DNA of 64,000 nt, from positions 29,762,001 through 29,826,000 of the forward strand of contig CM052818.1 in the NCBI GenBank assembly GCA_028534125.1, read 5' to 3'. A program made the position numbers and the translations under genes. Position 1 is the first letter of the stretch. The number at the start of each line of letters is the position of its first letter. Of this stretch, positions 38,503-53,664 are shown piece after piece. The notes beneath the pieces were generated by a model. The model was not told the origin of the DNA and did no database searches. It saw only the letters and a list, made by a program, of their open reading frames with translations. Source of the stretch: Lama glama. Lineage: Eukaryota.

Positions 38503-39708
38503 CTGAGGAAAGAAAAAGAACAACATTCAGAATCACGAGAAGAATCCACGTTTCAGACTCTGTTTCCTGGGAGTCATATGGAACCAACTCCAACTTGAAA
38601 AGCCAGCCTCTGTGATACGCAGCCCAGTCCCTGATACTCCCCTCCAAGGGGCAAAGCCAACAGCAGTGAGAAAGTAAAAGAAATCAAGTGGATGGATCTG
38701 GACAGAGACACTTCCCCCCAATAGAAAAACAGAAACGCTTGGTTTGGAAATCTGTAAGAATTGTACATATTTCCTGAGTACTTGTAGCCATCAGTCTAAA
38801 GACCAGTTTAGAGAACCAGGTGTGAACTTGGTGAAAACTCTGAAATTACTGGGAGGTATGTAAACTCACAGACGTTTAAGACCCTCTCTTTCACAACCCT
38901 GTCCTTGTGGATTCCTGGGGGACAAGTCACGGGTCAGAGAACTCAGAGTACCCTTAATTCCTCATATGCAAGAGACTACGTAATTCAATAAGCAATGGAA
39001 GGACAGAAAGTAGGAGCGTGCGCACGCACGCACGTGAGTATGTGTCCTGTTGCGCTGACAGGGCATTGGTGGAAGCCAGCTGGGTGGACTGAGGGCGGAG
39101 AGAACAGCTAAGAATCCCACAGATTAGCTGTACTGTGGCTAATTCCAAACTCACACAAGAAGTACATTTGATTTGTTGTGGGTGTTTCAGAAAGAACACA
39201 AACAGTGAGCATTCCAACCTTGGAAAGTCTGGAGGCGCCTTTAAGCTCTAAGATAAGAGGCATAACTTGAAGGTAACGGGTCTTCCACCACGCTTGTGAG
39301 AAAGGGGCAGAGCAACCTTTGTAAAATATTTTATGTTTAGATTTTAAAAGCTCTTCTCCTATATTCTTATCTAGCTCCCTTTTCTTTTTCCCCTTCAGAG
39401 TCCCCATGTCGGATTTAAACGCTCCTTTGTCCTTGTACCCTGCCTACCTTAGTCTTCAGCAAGGAGCCTGCAGAAAGGGGTGCAGGGAATAACAAGAACC
39501 AGCTGTTCGCTGCAGCTCTGGATGGAGAGTGGGTTAAAGAGACCCTTTTGTGAAAAACAGAGAACAGCTATATAGGAAAAATTCATAGAAAGTAAAAAAG
39601 ATGAATGCTTACAAATCTTAGCCTGTCCACAATTCAGAGAGCTTATGTTAAACACTCTGAATCACAACTGAAAACTTGAGCGTATTAATCTTATCTTTCA
39701 GATTATTA

Positions 39709-40026
<318 letters not shown>

Positions 40027-41039
40027 CTAGAAACAACCAAACAATATCAAAAAAACAAAGGGCTGCCCTCACCATCATCAAGGATGATGACTGAAAACCT
40101 TGTCAGGCCTGTAAGAATATCGCCCTTCCACTTTCTAAAAACAACACACCAGTCGGGCCATCCTGAACCAGTCTGGAATCGCATGCTGACCACCTCTCCT
40201 GGTGTCCCTTTTCCGACTCCTTGGAACGCTCTTCTTCCGCAGGGCCCTACGCCCCATGCTCCTCTCCTCTCACTCTAAGTGCTCTCTCTGACTGATCTGA
40301 TCCACACCTGCAGCTGCAAAGACACCATCACCAAGTCTACCCAGTACTGTCGGCGCAGCTCCAGCCCTACTCCTCTCCAGAGCCCCAGGGTCGTGCACCT
40401 TAATACCTTCCCGGCATGTCCCATCAATACCTCACACTCCATCTATCCAAGAGAGAAACATGGATCCCAGATCCCTCTTCCTCCTGTAGTCTCAGGGCCA
40501 GTGACTTGAGTGTCAACCCAGATTCTCCACTCCCTGGGTTCAGCTACGTGTAACTGACTTGATTCAACATTCCCAGTGAGTCTTGAACCCAGCTCTCTCT
40601 TTTAGGTCGGGCTGTTATTTTCCACCAGGACAGCAGGGATAACACTCTAATTCTGCTTAAAGAGATCTTGGCCCTTCCTGTTGAGTGACAAACTGCTAAT
40701 GTATGTGTCGTAGGCATGCAGGATTCCCAGAAAGTACCTTCTGTCCTTCCAACTACCCCAGCTGCTCACCATTTGGCAACCTCTTGGCCATCTTGCTTTC
40801 ATTAGTCTTTACACATTCTACCCCAGATGCTTTGAATGCTGATAGATGAATTACGTTGAGCCTCACTTCGAGTTACAGTGTTATGACAAGGTACATCTGT
40901 CATATCTATATTAGGCTGTGTATCTCAAGGCTTCCTGGAAGCACAGAAAGTGCATCATCAATCATCCACTCTTGGGATGGGAGGACAGCAAAGACACCAG
41001 GATCCACCTAAGAACTAGCTCGAAGACAGTGTGCTAAGA

Positions 41040-41220
41040 CCTTGCTACTCGGTAGGGCCCATGGACCGACAATACTGGTATCACCCACGAGCTTGCTGTA
41101 AATGCAGAATCCTGGATGGAGGTGTTGATCCAACTTAGACTGAGATTCTGCATTCCCAACAAGCTCCCAGGTGATGCTGATGTTGATGGTCCACAGACCT
41201 CATTTTGAGTGGCAAGGTTC
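41040..41220. mobile_element. MER5-family DNA transposon
   Basis: cttgctactc...aaatgcagaatcc...ttctgcattcccaacaagctcccaggtgatgctgatg. Confidence 0.75.
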
Positions 41221-43300
41221 CAAGAGACAGGGCGCCACACCTTTATTCTTATTCTGAACTTCAGGGAGGGGACCGCATTTCATCACCTTCTGCACCAGTA
41301 TCTAACATCGTGCCTGGAACACAGACTGACGCAATAAATACCCATGCCTGAAACAAAGACTGAATGAACACACCTCTTTCAGAAAGTGTTGCTGAGAGAA
41401 ATGCAACCAGTGTGACACCTTGCTCTGTCTCCCCATAGAGTATCCTGATCCAGGCCTGAGATGCAGCCAAGGAACTGAGGCTCCTCTGGCCCGTGAACAC
41501 TTTTGAGAATGTGAACTCAGACCCATGGTCCTAATTACACACAGGGATAAAAATGAGTAGGAGAACATTCAATTGTGCTTTTTTCTTTTTTGATGGACAA
41601 GGTAAATTATCCCTGCCTGTAAATTCATATTACAATCCAACATGTATAGTTTTAAATCTGAAAGTCACAATGCAGGAGAAACGGTATGAATGTGCACTAC
41701 CTGTTTTGAGTAATCATTCTATAAACATTTCAAGGATTAACATGCTTTGAAAGAGTGGTCTATTGAAAGAGTTACTAACATGTACAGATGAAGCATACTA
41801 AATTGGTAAAATTCTTTGCTTTTTCTGGGATCTCACGGTTGGCCCAACATCCTAACCCCTCACTTTACCCTAGATGCATAGTCACAGGGGATGAGAAATC
41901 TTTTGGCCTTCTTGCCAATAAAAATGGAGAGCTGCAGTGCTGATGTTTGATAGGGGAAAAGCTAGTGAAGTGTGTGCGTGTGTGTGTGTGTGTGTACTGG
42001 GGGGTGTATACAGGGAACAGCAGAAGGGTAGGAGGTAGAGTGCTTGTGTGTTGGGGTGGGGGGCAGGGTAGAGTGAAGGGAACTGTATGTGTGGCAGACA
42101 CCAAAGTCCTCTACCATAAGATCTTGAACAGGAGGGAAGGCAGGAACAAACTGGTGTTTATACTCCCTATTTGACATTCAGTGGTGATGGGTCTGGGCCT
42201 AAGAAGAGTTTTACATGGAGAAATAGGTAACAGAAGTTATTCATGGCCATGGCAGGTACTGCCTAAAGGGAAGGGAACATGCTGGGTAAGGGTCAGGCTG
42301 AGGACTGTCCTAAGGAACACAACATTTAAGAGGAAGGAAGCTGAACAGAGTTCTAAGCACTAGGAAAAGGTGGCAGGAAGTGATGTAACAGAAATCAGAG
42401 AAGGAGAAAAGCAAGGAGAGTCCATCTACAAAAGATCAGGACTGGAAGATTCTGCTGGATTTGGCAAGTACAAGGGTGAGTGACTGTAGCTAGGGCTAAA
42501 GCCAGAACAAGGAGGGCAGGAGAGATCATGATTTTCAACAAAGAGACCCACAAAGAGAATCACATGAAAACCATGAAAAGTATTAACATCATAAAAAATA
42601 AAAACCAAAAGATATCCCTCAATCACAGTATCCTGTAATACCCATTATAAACATAACTTGCATAGGCATAGAGTGTTAACAGAAAATATTCACTTAACCA
42701 GAAATTGTAATATAAATATATTGGGAAGATAAGAAAGTGGAAATGCTGGTATATGAGGATTAAGTACTTATCCACCTAACAGGAAGCCAACAGATAATAT
42801 CTAAAATTTGTTTAATAAAAAATAGCCATATATAATTATTGTTATGAAATATGGAAGTGTGCAAATGACAAAAGAAATATTAAAGGCTCTCTCCCCATTG
42901 GGGAGAAGGGTCTTGAGGAGGGGGTTGTGGTGAAGCAGGAAATTGCTATATTTTGTCATAAGCTTTATATTACGACTAACTTGTAAAATCTATATGTTAC
43001 ATGTTATTTTAATCACACAAAAATTTAACTTAAAAATAGAGAAAAAGAATAAATACATTCAAAGACTAGCAAAGAGGAAACAAAAAAATGACAGCATGCA
43101 TGAATATTCACTTACTAGATTTTAAAATTCTGTCTTTGGTGTGTGTGGGCAGAGGGGATGGGGGCAGGACTAAAAGTGGACTGTGAGGGCTTTGAAAGCC
43201 TGGTAAAGTTCTGCCTCACACTCTAACGACGGGTCACACAGGTGTGTTCCCATCATGAAAATTGATGTTTACTTATGACCTGTGTACTTTTCTATATGTA

Positions 43301-43800
43301 NNNNNNNNNNNNNNNNNNNNNNNNNNNNNNNNNNNNNNNNNNNNNNNNNNNNNNNNNNNNNNNNNNNNNNNNNNNNNNNNNNNNNNNNNNNNNNNNNNNN
43401 NNNNNNNNNNNNNNNNNNNNNNNNNNNNNNNNNNNNNNNNNNNNNNNNNNNNNNNNNNNNNNNNNNNNNNNNNNNNNNNNNNNNNNNNNNNNNNNNNNNN
43501 NNNNNNNNNNNNNNNNNNNNNNNNNNNNNNNNNNNNNNNNNNNNNNNNNNNNNNNNNNNNNNNNNNNNNNNNNNNNNNNNNNNNNNNNNNNNNNNNNNNN
43601 NNNNNNNNNNNNNNNNNNNNNNNNNNNNNNNNNNNNNNNNNNNNNNNNNNNNNNNNNNNNNNNNNNNNNNNNNNNNNNNNNNNNNNNNNNNNNNNNNNNN
43701 NNNNNNNNNNNNNNNNNNNNNNNNNNNNNNNNNNNNNNNNNNNNNNNNNNNNNNNNNNNNNNNNNNNNNNNNNNNNNNNNNNNNNNNNNNNNNNNNNNNN
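43301..43800. other. Assembly gap (500 N)
   Basis: Exactly 500 n; probably a placeholder size. Confidence 0.99.
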
Positions 43801-44326
43801 CTTCACTTAGAATGACATTCTCCAGGAACATCCATGTTGCTGCAAATGGTGTCATGTTGACAGTTTTTATGGCTGAATAGTATTCCATTGTATTACTATA
43901 CCACAGCTTCTTTATCCAGTCATCTGTTGATGGACATTTAGGCTGTCTCCATGTTTTGGCTATTGTAAATAGTGCTGCTATGAACATTGGGTGTCATTTT
44001 GAAGTAGGGTTCCTTCTGGATATATGCCCAGGAGTGGGATTCCTGGGTCATATGGTAAGTCTATTCCTAGTCTTTTGAGGAATCTCCATACTGTTTTCCA
44101 CAGTGGCTGCACCAAACTGCATTCCCACCGGCAGTGTAGGAGGGTTCCCCTTTCTCCACAGCCTCTCCAGCATTTGTCATTTGTGGACTTTTGAATGATG
44201 GTCATTCTGACTGGTGTGAGGTGATACCTCATTGTAGTTTTGATTTGCATTTCTCTGATAATTAGTGATATTGAGCATTTTTTCATGTGCCTATTGATCA
44301 TTTGTATGTCTTCCTTGGAGAATTGC
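43801..44326 (-). mobile_element. Young L1 ORF2 3' fragment running into the gap (sense to TTC27)
   Basis: ORFs 43978..44301 and 43292..43987 give well-preserved ORF2 ([29 protein letters not shown]...); closely similar to 57428-57735. Confidence 0.95.
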
Positions 44327-47300
44327 TGTATTTTAATAAAAGTTAATTAAAAAGGTATTTTCTGCAATTAATAAAGCCCCATAAACTGAAGGAAAAAAAT
44401 AAGAGTTATTAACATTAACAAATGGAGCTAATATATAATCTTAAAAGTGGGTGTAAGAGTGGTAAAATTATTTTTAAAACTATTATAGTAATGTTATAAT
44501 TTACTGGTTAATAGCACCATTTTCCTCCCTCTGACTAGTAAGTGAGAAAAATCACACTCTAGTTATTCAGACTGACTACCAAAACAATAACTTTTACCAT
44601 ACTTTTAATCCTTCTTTAGAAAATAGATATTCGTAACTTAAAAAGAGCAAAGGGTGTTGTGGTAGGATTTCTTTGATAAAATCAATCACCAAGAATTACG
44701 ATTTTCTCCTGGATAGTCTATGAAGTTTACCTACATTATACTTCTTCGCATCATCAAAAGTGAAAAAAAATTTTTTTAAACAGGTAAATGTTTTTATCTA
44801 CTGTAAATTGGGTAAAAATACGATTACTGAACCCATTAGTAAGTTAAAACTATAAATTACTAAGTATTTAATAAGTGGCTGAACGGTAGATATTGAAGTT
44901 TAAGAATTCAGAGGTGAACAATTCTTGGGGAAACAGGATCCAAGATACGGCCACTTGGATTGGTTGCTCATATGGAATAAGATTAAGGACAAAGAACTTT
45001 AAGCCCAGTGCAAAACCAAGTCCATCTACCTAAAACCTTTAAGTCTCTCTATCTAAAACCAAGTATTCAAGAACAGTTAGATCTAGAATGGAGAGGAAGA
45101 TGCATACAGCCAGTTGCTGAAGTCCACCATGTATATGGGGGAGCGGCTAGGAAGCTGGTAAATAGCAGTAATGAGGTCAGATCAGATCTTCCATCTGCTA
45201 CATCACAGAACTGTTCTATCAAGGAGTCAACATACATTTAAAGAGCTTCAAAACTATAAAGCAACATAAACCTATAAACTACTATGCTTATCACTGACCC
45301 TCAACTTCTTTACTCTGTCAGAAGGGGACATTGTTGGCTACTCATTACGTGCCCCAGTATTTCCTTATGCTTTAAAACATACCTAAAGAAAAACAAAATC
45401 TACCACGTGGTAGCAGCCTCTCATATGTCCCTACCACCTCTGCTGTGAGTACTCACTACATGCTAAGCTCCATGCTAAGCACGTGTCCAACATGATTTCA
45501 TGGAGTTCTCACTGTAACCCTAGGAAGCAGGTACTTTATTATCCCTCACTTTACAGATAAATTGAAACACAAGTGGCAAAATGAATGTCTCAAGGGCATA
45601 GGGCAAGTGAGCTGTGGAGCTGGTGTTTGAACACCAGTGATTTTTGGACTCCTGAGCTTCGAAGAGGATGAAGGGAAGACAACAATGACGGCAGGTAACA
45701 CTCATATACACAGCCCTTCCTACGGGCTCTATGAACACAGTCCTCCTACCAGTCCCAGGAGGAATGTGCTCTTGCCATTTGCAGTCTGCAGGTGGAGAAA
45801 AACTGGAGCACAGAGAAGTTAAGTAACTTGTCCAAGGTCACATACCTAGGGAAGGGGGAGTTGGATTTGAACCTGCAGCTCGGGTCCAGGATCGTGCTCT
45901 CCAGCATTTGCTACATTAAATTATAAAGCACAGCTCCTTACTCCTCTGTTGTTCCTTCCTTTCTAATAATTCTTTCACATTAGAAAGATCTGCTCTTTTG
46001 TGAAATATGTATGCCAGTAACTTTGATCATTTCATTACAGTTTCTTTGCCAAATCTTGAATCAACTGAGATCAGACAGGTTTCTGTAGGTTGTGTGTGTG
46101 TGTGTGTGTGTGTATTTTTAAAAAATCTTTGTTATTTTGTTCCACTAAATATACATGTGGCTATTATTCTGAATTTTACTTTTTTTATTAGTGAATTTAA
46201 ATCTCTTTCCAAGTGTTTGTTGAGTAAATATAGTTCCTTTTTAAGACATTTAAATTTTTTCTTAATTCAGTGGAGCTCATTTTTGTCCAACGTGAAAACA
46301 GTTTTACTGTTCATCTTCATGATGGAGATTACACAGGCCACAGGCTGACGCACTAACACATTGCTTGCCTCTTCCCAACACCAACTTTGCACAGTGCTTG
46401 AAAAAAGAGAAAGTCGATGAATCTGAGAAAGTAACAGCAAACACGTGGGAAATCCTGGGGAGACAGAGACTGGTTAGGTCCTGGTCTGGTGCAGAAGAGC
46501 AGCCCAGGGTAGAACAGTACAAGGAGCCGAGGTTCGCAGGTGGGCTGAGGAAAGCTTTTCGGTTGTGCTTGCTATCTTCTACACATTACTCCACGTGCCA
46601 CTTGCCAACAGCGTGGAAAGACTGAAACACAGCAGTGCCAGCCAAGAGCTGTGCAGGCACAGCAGGGCAGGGGCCTAGCCGGGGTGGGAAGCAGAGAGCA
46701 ACAGGCCCCAGAGCCCCCCAGCTGCTGAGGGTGGACGATGACTCAGGAAGACAGTGCCTGGAGAGCTAAGGGAGCTGTCCTGAGGAGCCAGGACACTAGG
46801 TGGTGGTGGGAGCAGGCAGTGGCCAAGTGTTTCCAAGAGGAGAGTTCCCCTCATGGTCCAAACTCACCAGGAGGGGCACAAGTTGGTCCTGGGCTTGCTT
46901 TATCCCCCCGACCAAGCACATTACCCGTCAAAGAGCCAATATCCCCAGAGGAGTACGAGTCAACAGGGACAAATTAAGACATCTGGAAAGTGCAACCATA
47001 ATGAAATAAACAAATCGAAGAATCTATGTGAAAAGAGTTAAAGGGATTCTTTCAACTTGTTTTCGTAATACATATTCTCAGGAAAATGAGAGGGGAAAAC
47101 CAAAGGAATGCTGACATCCCCGGGGTAGCAGTATAAATGGGGAAGAAAAACAGTGTGAGGACTGAGCCAGCAGTCGCTCTCACAGGGAAGGAAAGGTGAG
47201 ATTGATCCTGCAAAGGACACGAGGAAGCTGGAACTGGTAGCAGAAGAAGTGTGAAATTCTGGAAGCCAACAGAAGAACGAGCTTCAAGATGGAAGGAGAG

Positions 47301-48223
47301 ACCAACTGTGTGAAGTGTGACAGAATGAGAAACCCAAGACTGACAGCTGTCCCCTGGATGTGGCAACTCAGACCTTGACAACAGCACGTTCAGCAGACTG
47401 GCAGAGAAAAGCTTAAGGACTTGGGTTCCAAACAGGACGGGAGGAGCAGAAGTGGAGACCCTGTGGGAAGAGGAGTGGGCCCTAGAGAACACGGAGAATC
47501 AGGGTGGGCACGGGGAGGGGGGGTGAGTGTGCACACGTTATTTATGCACAGTTTGGAAACACTGAGAACTTTCAAAAATTAGAGAAATGATACATGCACA
47601 CTTATACAGGTAAATTTGAATCCATGGTGATTGTAAGGAAAGGCCCACTTGCCTCTTTTATCTGATAACTAGTTGTACCACTCCACTCCAAAGATCACTC
47701 TGTCTAGTCTGTGGTTTCTTCCTTGGGGTTCTGGATACCCTTGTGGATCTAATGAGAGTTATGAACCCTCTGCCATGAAGAGGTACATAACCACATACAC
47801 AAATTTTTCTCATGATATTTCAGGTAATCTCACAATCTTCTGAAGCCCAATACTAGATTCTTCTTAAATCCTAATTCATCCATCATGGCCTTATCTCTAA
47901 GGATTCCGGTCTTATCTCTCAGTACCGCATATGACTAAGTGCCTCCTTTGAAAAGCTTTATTAGTTTTCTATCAACTCCCTCCCTATTCTTACTATCTCT
48001 TCTGTTACTTCCAGATGTTCAAATCTCTGGTATTCTTTGTTAAAGGCAAGACCTTCACGTGATGAGCCGAGGTCTCTCCGGCCCTCTCTCAGGAGTACCT
48101 CTGCCCATGTCTTTACTTCCACCAAAGCTACCAGTGAGGTGTGTGTTGGATACACTTCCTCACCTTTACCGACCCCACTGTTCTCAAAGCCACCACCTTC
48201 TCCCTGAAAAGAAGCGTGATGGT

Positions 48224-48631
48224 TGTGGTAGATTGAATAATGTCCTCTCAAGTTCATTTCCAAACAGAGCCTCAGAATATGACCTTATTTAAAAACAGGG
48301 TCTTGGCAGAAAATATTAGTTAAGCCGGAGTCATACTAGATTAGGACGGGCCCTAAATCCCATGATTAATCTCTTGCAAGAAAAGGCGGTAAGACACAGA
48401 GACACAGGGAAGGAGGAGAAGCAGGTGAAGAGGGAGGCAGGGACGGCCAGGGCCCCTAGAGGCTGGACAGGGCAAGGAAGGAGACTTCCTGGGCACTTTT
48501 ATAGGGACGGCCCATGCAACACCTTGACTTTAAGACTTCTAGCTTCCAGAACTTGAAGAGAATAGATCTCTGTTGTTTGAAGACACCAAGTTTGTAGTAA
48601 TTTGCTCTAGTGGCCCCAGGAAACAAATCTA
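48224..48631 (+). mobile_element. MaLR MLT1A-C-like solo LTR
   Basis: tgtggtagattgaataatgtcc...cagaatatgaccttattt...gggccctaaatcccatga...acaccttgactttaagacttctagcttccagaact...gccccaggaaac. Confidence 0.85.
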
Positions 48632-50714
48632 GTCTGATGTGGAAAGACCAAGGCAACACTGAGAACATGGAGATAGACGTTCCCCAGGGGCACTTCCCTG
48701 GCTTTACTAACCCTCTTCCAGTTTTGGCTGTCACATCACAGCCTGTCCCTGCTCAGATGGTGACATCCAGCCCCCACTCACTGGTCAGACGTCACCCTTT
48801 CCTCATACATAGAGGTTTCCAATTCAAATCTCTCCAGCTTTTCCTTTATGGAGTTTGGTTTTTGTGTCATGATTAAAAATGTTTTCTCTACCCTCAAGCT
48901 TATAAAAATATTCACCATACTTTCTTTTAAGTGCTTCCATGGTTCTACTTTTTCAGTAATAGTGACGATGACGATGATGGTGGCAGCTACACTGAAACAG
49001 CACTTGTATGTGCCAGGTTCCACGCCCTGCCCTTCATGTGCATAACTTCCATGACAATCCTTAATGCCATTCCTGTTTTATGAAGCTGAAGAACGAAGTG
49101 GTTAGTAACTTGCCACAGATCATACAGCTAGTGATCGGCAAAGGGAACCTGTAAGCCCTGGCTGTCTAACCCAAGAATCTCTGCTCTTACCTATAGCGTA
49201 ATCCTGCTTCCCAAGGCATTTCAATTTAAGTATTTTATCCTTTAGCATTTATTTTGGTCTAAGGAGTGAAGCAGAACTTTCATTTTGAGCCCCAAGTGCT
49301 TGGCCAACTATTTCAATACATATTGGATATTTTATTTTTATTCCACAGATTTAAAATGCCATCCTTATCATGAACTGAATTCTCATACTTACTTGAGTCT
49401 GTTTCTGAATCCTCTATCCTGTCCCATTTCATTCCTGTAGCAGATGTTAACTCTTTATATAATAAGGTTATTATTAGCTTTTTATCTTTACTATTTGTTA
49501 CAAATATCCTGTCACATATCTTTTTCAAGAAATCATAAAAATTCTTTCAGGTTTTCTTTTCTTGCTTTAAAGTGCAGGAAATTTGGTAAGTACCCACTTG
49601 TATTCCTAATTGTTCTAGGAGACGAAAAAATATTTAGCATATATTTAGGCCATTTGGAATTCATTTGGTGTATCATAAAATAATCGAAGTATATATTCTG
49701 AGCCTGGATGTTTAGAGGGATCTCATTCTAATCAGTGTAAACAGCCCTGCAGTCCCTTACACGCTACCTAAACCAGTGCCACACCACCGACTCCCTGTAA
49801 TGACTCTGGAATTCCTGACCCACATTAATTCATGTTGGTGATGTAGCACTTTTGTTTCATTCTCTTTCCTAAGCATTTTCTCACTTCCATCATGGACCAT
49901 TCTTGAGAGATGCGGCAAGCAGAGCGTACTGAGAGGAACAACCACCAGCCCCTGAAGAGAGCAGATGAGTGCTCATGTGGAAGAGCAGTGATTTACTACA
50001 AACGCCAGAGAAGCTCCACAAAGAGAAAAGCGTGACCATCCTCCTCCCCAGCGCTACCCTTGAAGTCCTGGGCCAAATCCCGCCAAAATCTTGGCTGAAA
50101 GCACAAGGCGTTGGCCCTTTGAATCCTGGAGGTCTCGAAAGCAGGAAGGAATAGGATTGCCCCAGGTCCAGTTACACAAACTTCCAGGAGGGCTGGAGGC
50201 CAGGAATGAAGCCATTTCCCGCCTCCCTGGCTTGGCTAACTTCCTGCCCTCCTTGGAGCGCCCTAAAGAACTTGCTCTGTTTCCTGGTCTGATAACCCTA
50301 ACCCTTGGCTTCCCAAACCTCAATTATTACAGAGGGGTAGGCGGTTTAACATTGTCTTTTTTCACTCCTTCAGCAGAAAAGAAAAAAAAAATCTTGTCGT
50401 GTGGAGAAGGCATGTATGAGCTTTAGGTGAAAAAGGCCAGACTTCAGACTTGGCTTCACCACTTGTTAGCTGTGAAACGTCAGCTTTCTTAGTTCCCCGG
50501 CTGAGCCCCAGCCACTTCAGCAGTCAAATGGAGACGGTATCTGTTTTACAGATATATAATTTGTATAAAATAGACCCTTCCCCTCCGTTCTCTTCTCTCA
50601 GGTGATCTCAGCCACTACTCGCTCCAGGACTTCAATCCGCTTGGCAACCTGCCCTGCCGCACATCAACACCACCTCCCTCCTTCCCGAGCAGAAATCCAC
50701 ACAAAGAACAACAT

Positions 50715-50995
50715 CCATAGAAAAGAATACATCGTGTATGGTTCTATTTATACGACACTCTAGAGAAAGCAAAATTCAACTGTGGTGACAGAAATCCAAA
50801 CGCAGTTGCCTGGTTGAGGGGAAAGGGTGGTGGTTCAATTGACTGGAAAGGGGTATAATGGAACCTTCTGTGGTGATGAAAATGTTCCATCTCTGTTCTG
50901 GGAAGTGGTTACACAAGAATACATAATGGTCAAAACACATCAAACTCACACTTAAGATCTGTGCATTTTATTATACGTAACTTATACCCCAAGTT
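50715..50995 (+). mobile_element. Old L1 (MC/MD-type) 3' end
   Basis: ggaaccttctgtggtgatgaaaatgttcc...gtcaaaacacatcaaactcacacttaagatctgtgcattttattatacgtaa. Confidence 0.75.
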
Positions 50996-53664
50996 GAGAA
51001 AAAACCTTTGTTAGATATAGTTCACAGGCACATTAATATGATGGGGAAATGTGCTTTTTAATAAATCTTGCCACAGACTTCAAGGCATCACACACACATA
51101 CAAGACAGGCATGCCTAAATGTGACTCCTGTCTTCAGTTCCTACTAGCTCCATGGCTGGCCAAGTTCTATAACCTCTTTTGGTCTCATATTCATACACTG
51201 TAAAATGAGGAATATTTGGTGCTCACCTCAAATACTATAAGCCCTATAAAAGATAACCCATGTTAAATGCCAAGAACATAGTGTGCACTCAATATATGTT
51301 AATCCCCTTCCCTTCTTCCATTTATAAATAGCAAATGGGGTGTAATAACGCAATATATAGATTCTTTTCCCAAAATGATTACCAAGTTATCAAAGAAGAA
51401 GAAAGAAGAGGTGGAAGGGGAGTGGGAAGGGAGAGGGATAAGAACAAAAAAAGAAAAAGAAAAAAGTAAGAAAAGAGACAAGAAAAAAGAAAATAAAAAA
51501 TAGAATTTATCTTGAAAAAGAAGCATAAATATATCCAAGGTGTTGTCAATAAAGATATTCATGGCATTATTAACAATAGTAGAAAACTAGAAAATTGAAC
51601 AGGGACTAATTACACAGAAACATGAAAATCAGTTTTATGACAGATTAATAAAATATATATATAATCCAGACATGAATATAAAAATCTATTATAAAAAAGC
51701 ATTCTTGAATTATACTAATCTATGCAATAGTCAAAATTAGGACAGAGAAAAGGCAGGAAAAGATAAACGTAGTATATTCATTCATTCTCTAATTACAAAT
51801 AGTAAGAAAAACAAAAACAATAATTTATAGTTAATTTACCCCATGTCTGTATTAAAATGAGTATGAATTTTCATATTTACAAATACACACAATAGAAAAA
51901 AATTTAAATGGCAGTAATCACATCCATAATGAAGTAGAAAAAGAATAGATAAAAAGAGAATTTTAAAGCAAATTAAAATAGAATGAGGTCAGGTAGTGTC
52001 AAACATAAGAATATCAGAGTTTTTCTGACAGACACCTGTTGCCAAACTTGCAGAGTCAAATTAAGTAAAATTTTTTTAGCCAAGATAAAAATATTGCAGA
52101 CAATCTATCAATTGTCTCAGTCCACGCTGACTAGTGGTAAGAAAACATGACGACAGTCACAAGTGTGCCACAAAGCTAAATATGACTGAGCCCGCACTGG
52201 CCATCAAGGCCTTCCTTCAGGGAGGACTTAACCGCTATGGGGCGATTCCACCCACACCTGCCAGACACTTCAGGACCCTTCCAGAGAGAGCTATTAACAG
52301 TGTCTTTTATAAACTCACGAATTATCTTACTGTGGCTAATTCTCCATCTGACTACGAGAAAGTTCTTTATTATAAGGTGCTAAAAATGATCACTTGACCT
52401 CAGCAAGTCACGGGTTATCCAGTCCTTATGTTCTCAGTAATATTTCCTCAAATCCAAATATAAAAATTAAGCAAACAGTCATAATGTCTGACACCTTTAT
52501 AGTACTTTATGCTTACTGAAGTGCGTAGTTAGTCTATAAGCAGTATTCTTCCTAACAGGAATGGTTCTTAGGGCTCCCGTGGTGACAGGGGTGCTGCGGG
52601 AGGGAAGTCCAAATGCCACACTTGATTGTTTCTAAAAGTACTGGACTTTTATAGATACTAATTTCAAACTTATTGAAATATTCATGCTCAGATGAAATCC
52701 TTTTGTACAAAAGGAGGTTTGTTTCACTATCTGAGTTTGAGGAACAAAAGAAAAGTTACAGGAAAAAAATTAAAATATTAGCTGCCCATGAATTTAAACT
52801 AAATCCTAATAATTTTCTCTAGGTAGGAAATGATTAAATTTTCACTTAAGTTCAGAATGATATAAGTTAAATACTCTGCTTAAGCAGATACAAGACTAGA
52901 AAATTTTCAATGAGAATAAGAACATGATTTTGCTAAGTGAAAACTTATGCTTAGATTTGCTGGAAAGAGTGAGAAACTGAAAGTGATCACTAAAATATGT
53001 TTGGAAAATCTATTTAAGATAAAAATTAAATGAAAGCAACTCCATTTATGCTGGGAGAAATTTGTTTATTTGCTTGTTCTTTAACTTTTTTTTCCTTTTC
53101 TGAAAAATGCTCATTTCTACGCTTTCAGAACTGAGGCTGGATAAACTGGAAAAAAATATACTCTCATGCTACAAGATCATTCTTTACATTCATTAAGCTT
53201 CGCTTCGTTTTTACTTCTTCATTAAAACCTTAAGAAAAATACATTTTTACTTAAAAATTGTTAAATTATATTCACTGAGAATTGCCTACAACTCTCAGGA
53301 ATAAATGTCATTAATTTGAGTTCCTTTACTGTTTCTTAGGGAAGGCTCCTAGAAGATTTTTAAGCATATGTTCTTATAATGCTCTTATAATTCCAATGAA
53401 TTTGATTTGGTAGACAGCATGCCAAGTCAACAACTGAAAGTCTTATCTTTAGAATCAACTAACTATACTCAGGTTATTTTTGCCAGAGTATCTCCCTGAT
53501 ATTTACAACTGTGCCTACCAATATATTAACTCTACATGTCACCTCTCTCCCCATATGTTTACAGATACTTATACACAGTAGTATTATTCTAAACATTTGC
53601 AAGAAATTTTTTCATCCTGAGAGAGAATAAGACATCTGGGGTGGGTGGCAGGGGTGGTAAAATT

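Noticed and set aside
43262..43987. Long ORFs of 177-231 aa
   Set aside because: Artefacts of translating the N gap.
43978..44301. L1 ORF2-like peptides as host genes (also 24051-24530, 31042-31546)
   Set aside because: Truncated or frameshifted retrotransposon remnants.
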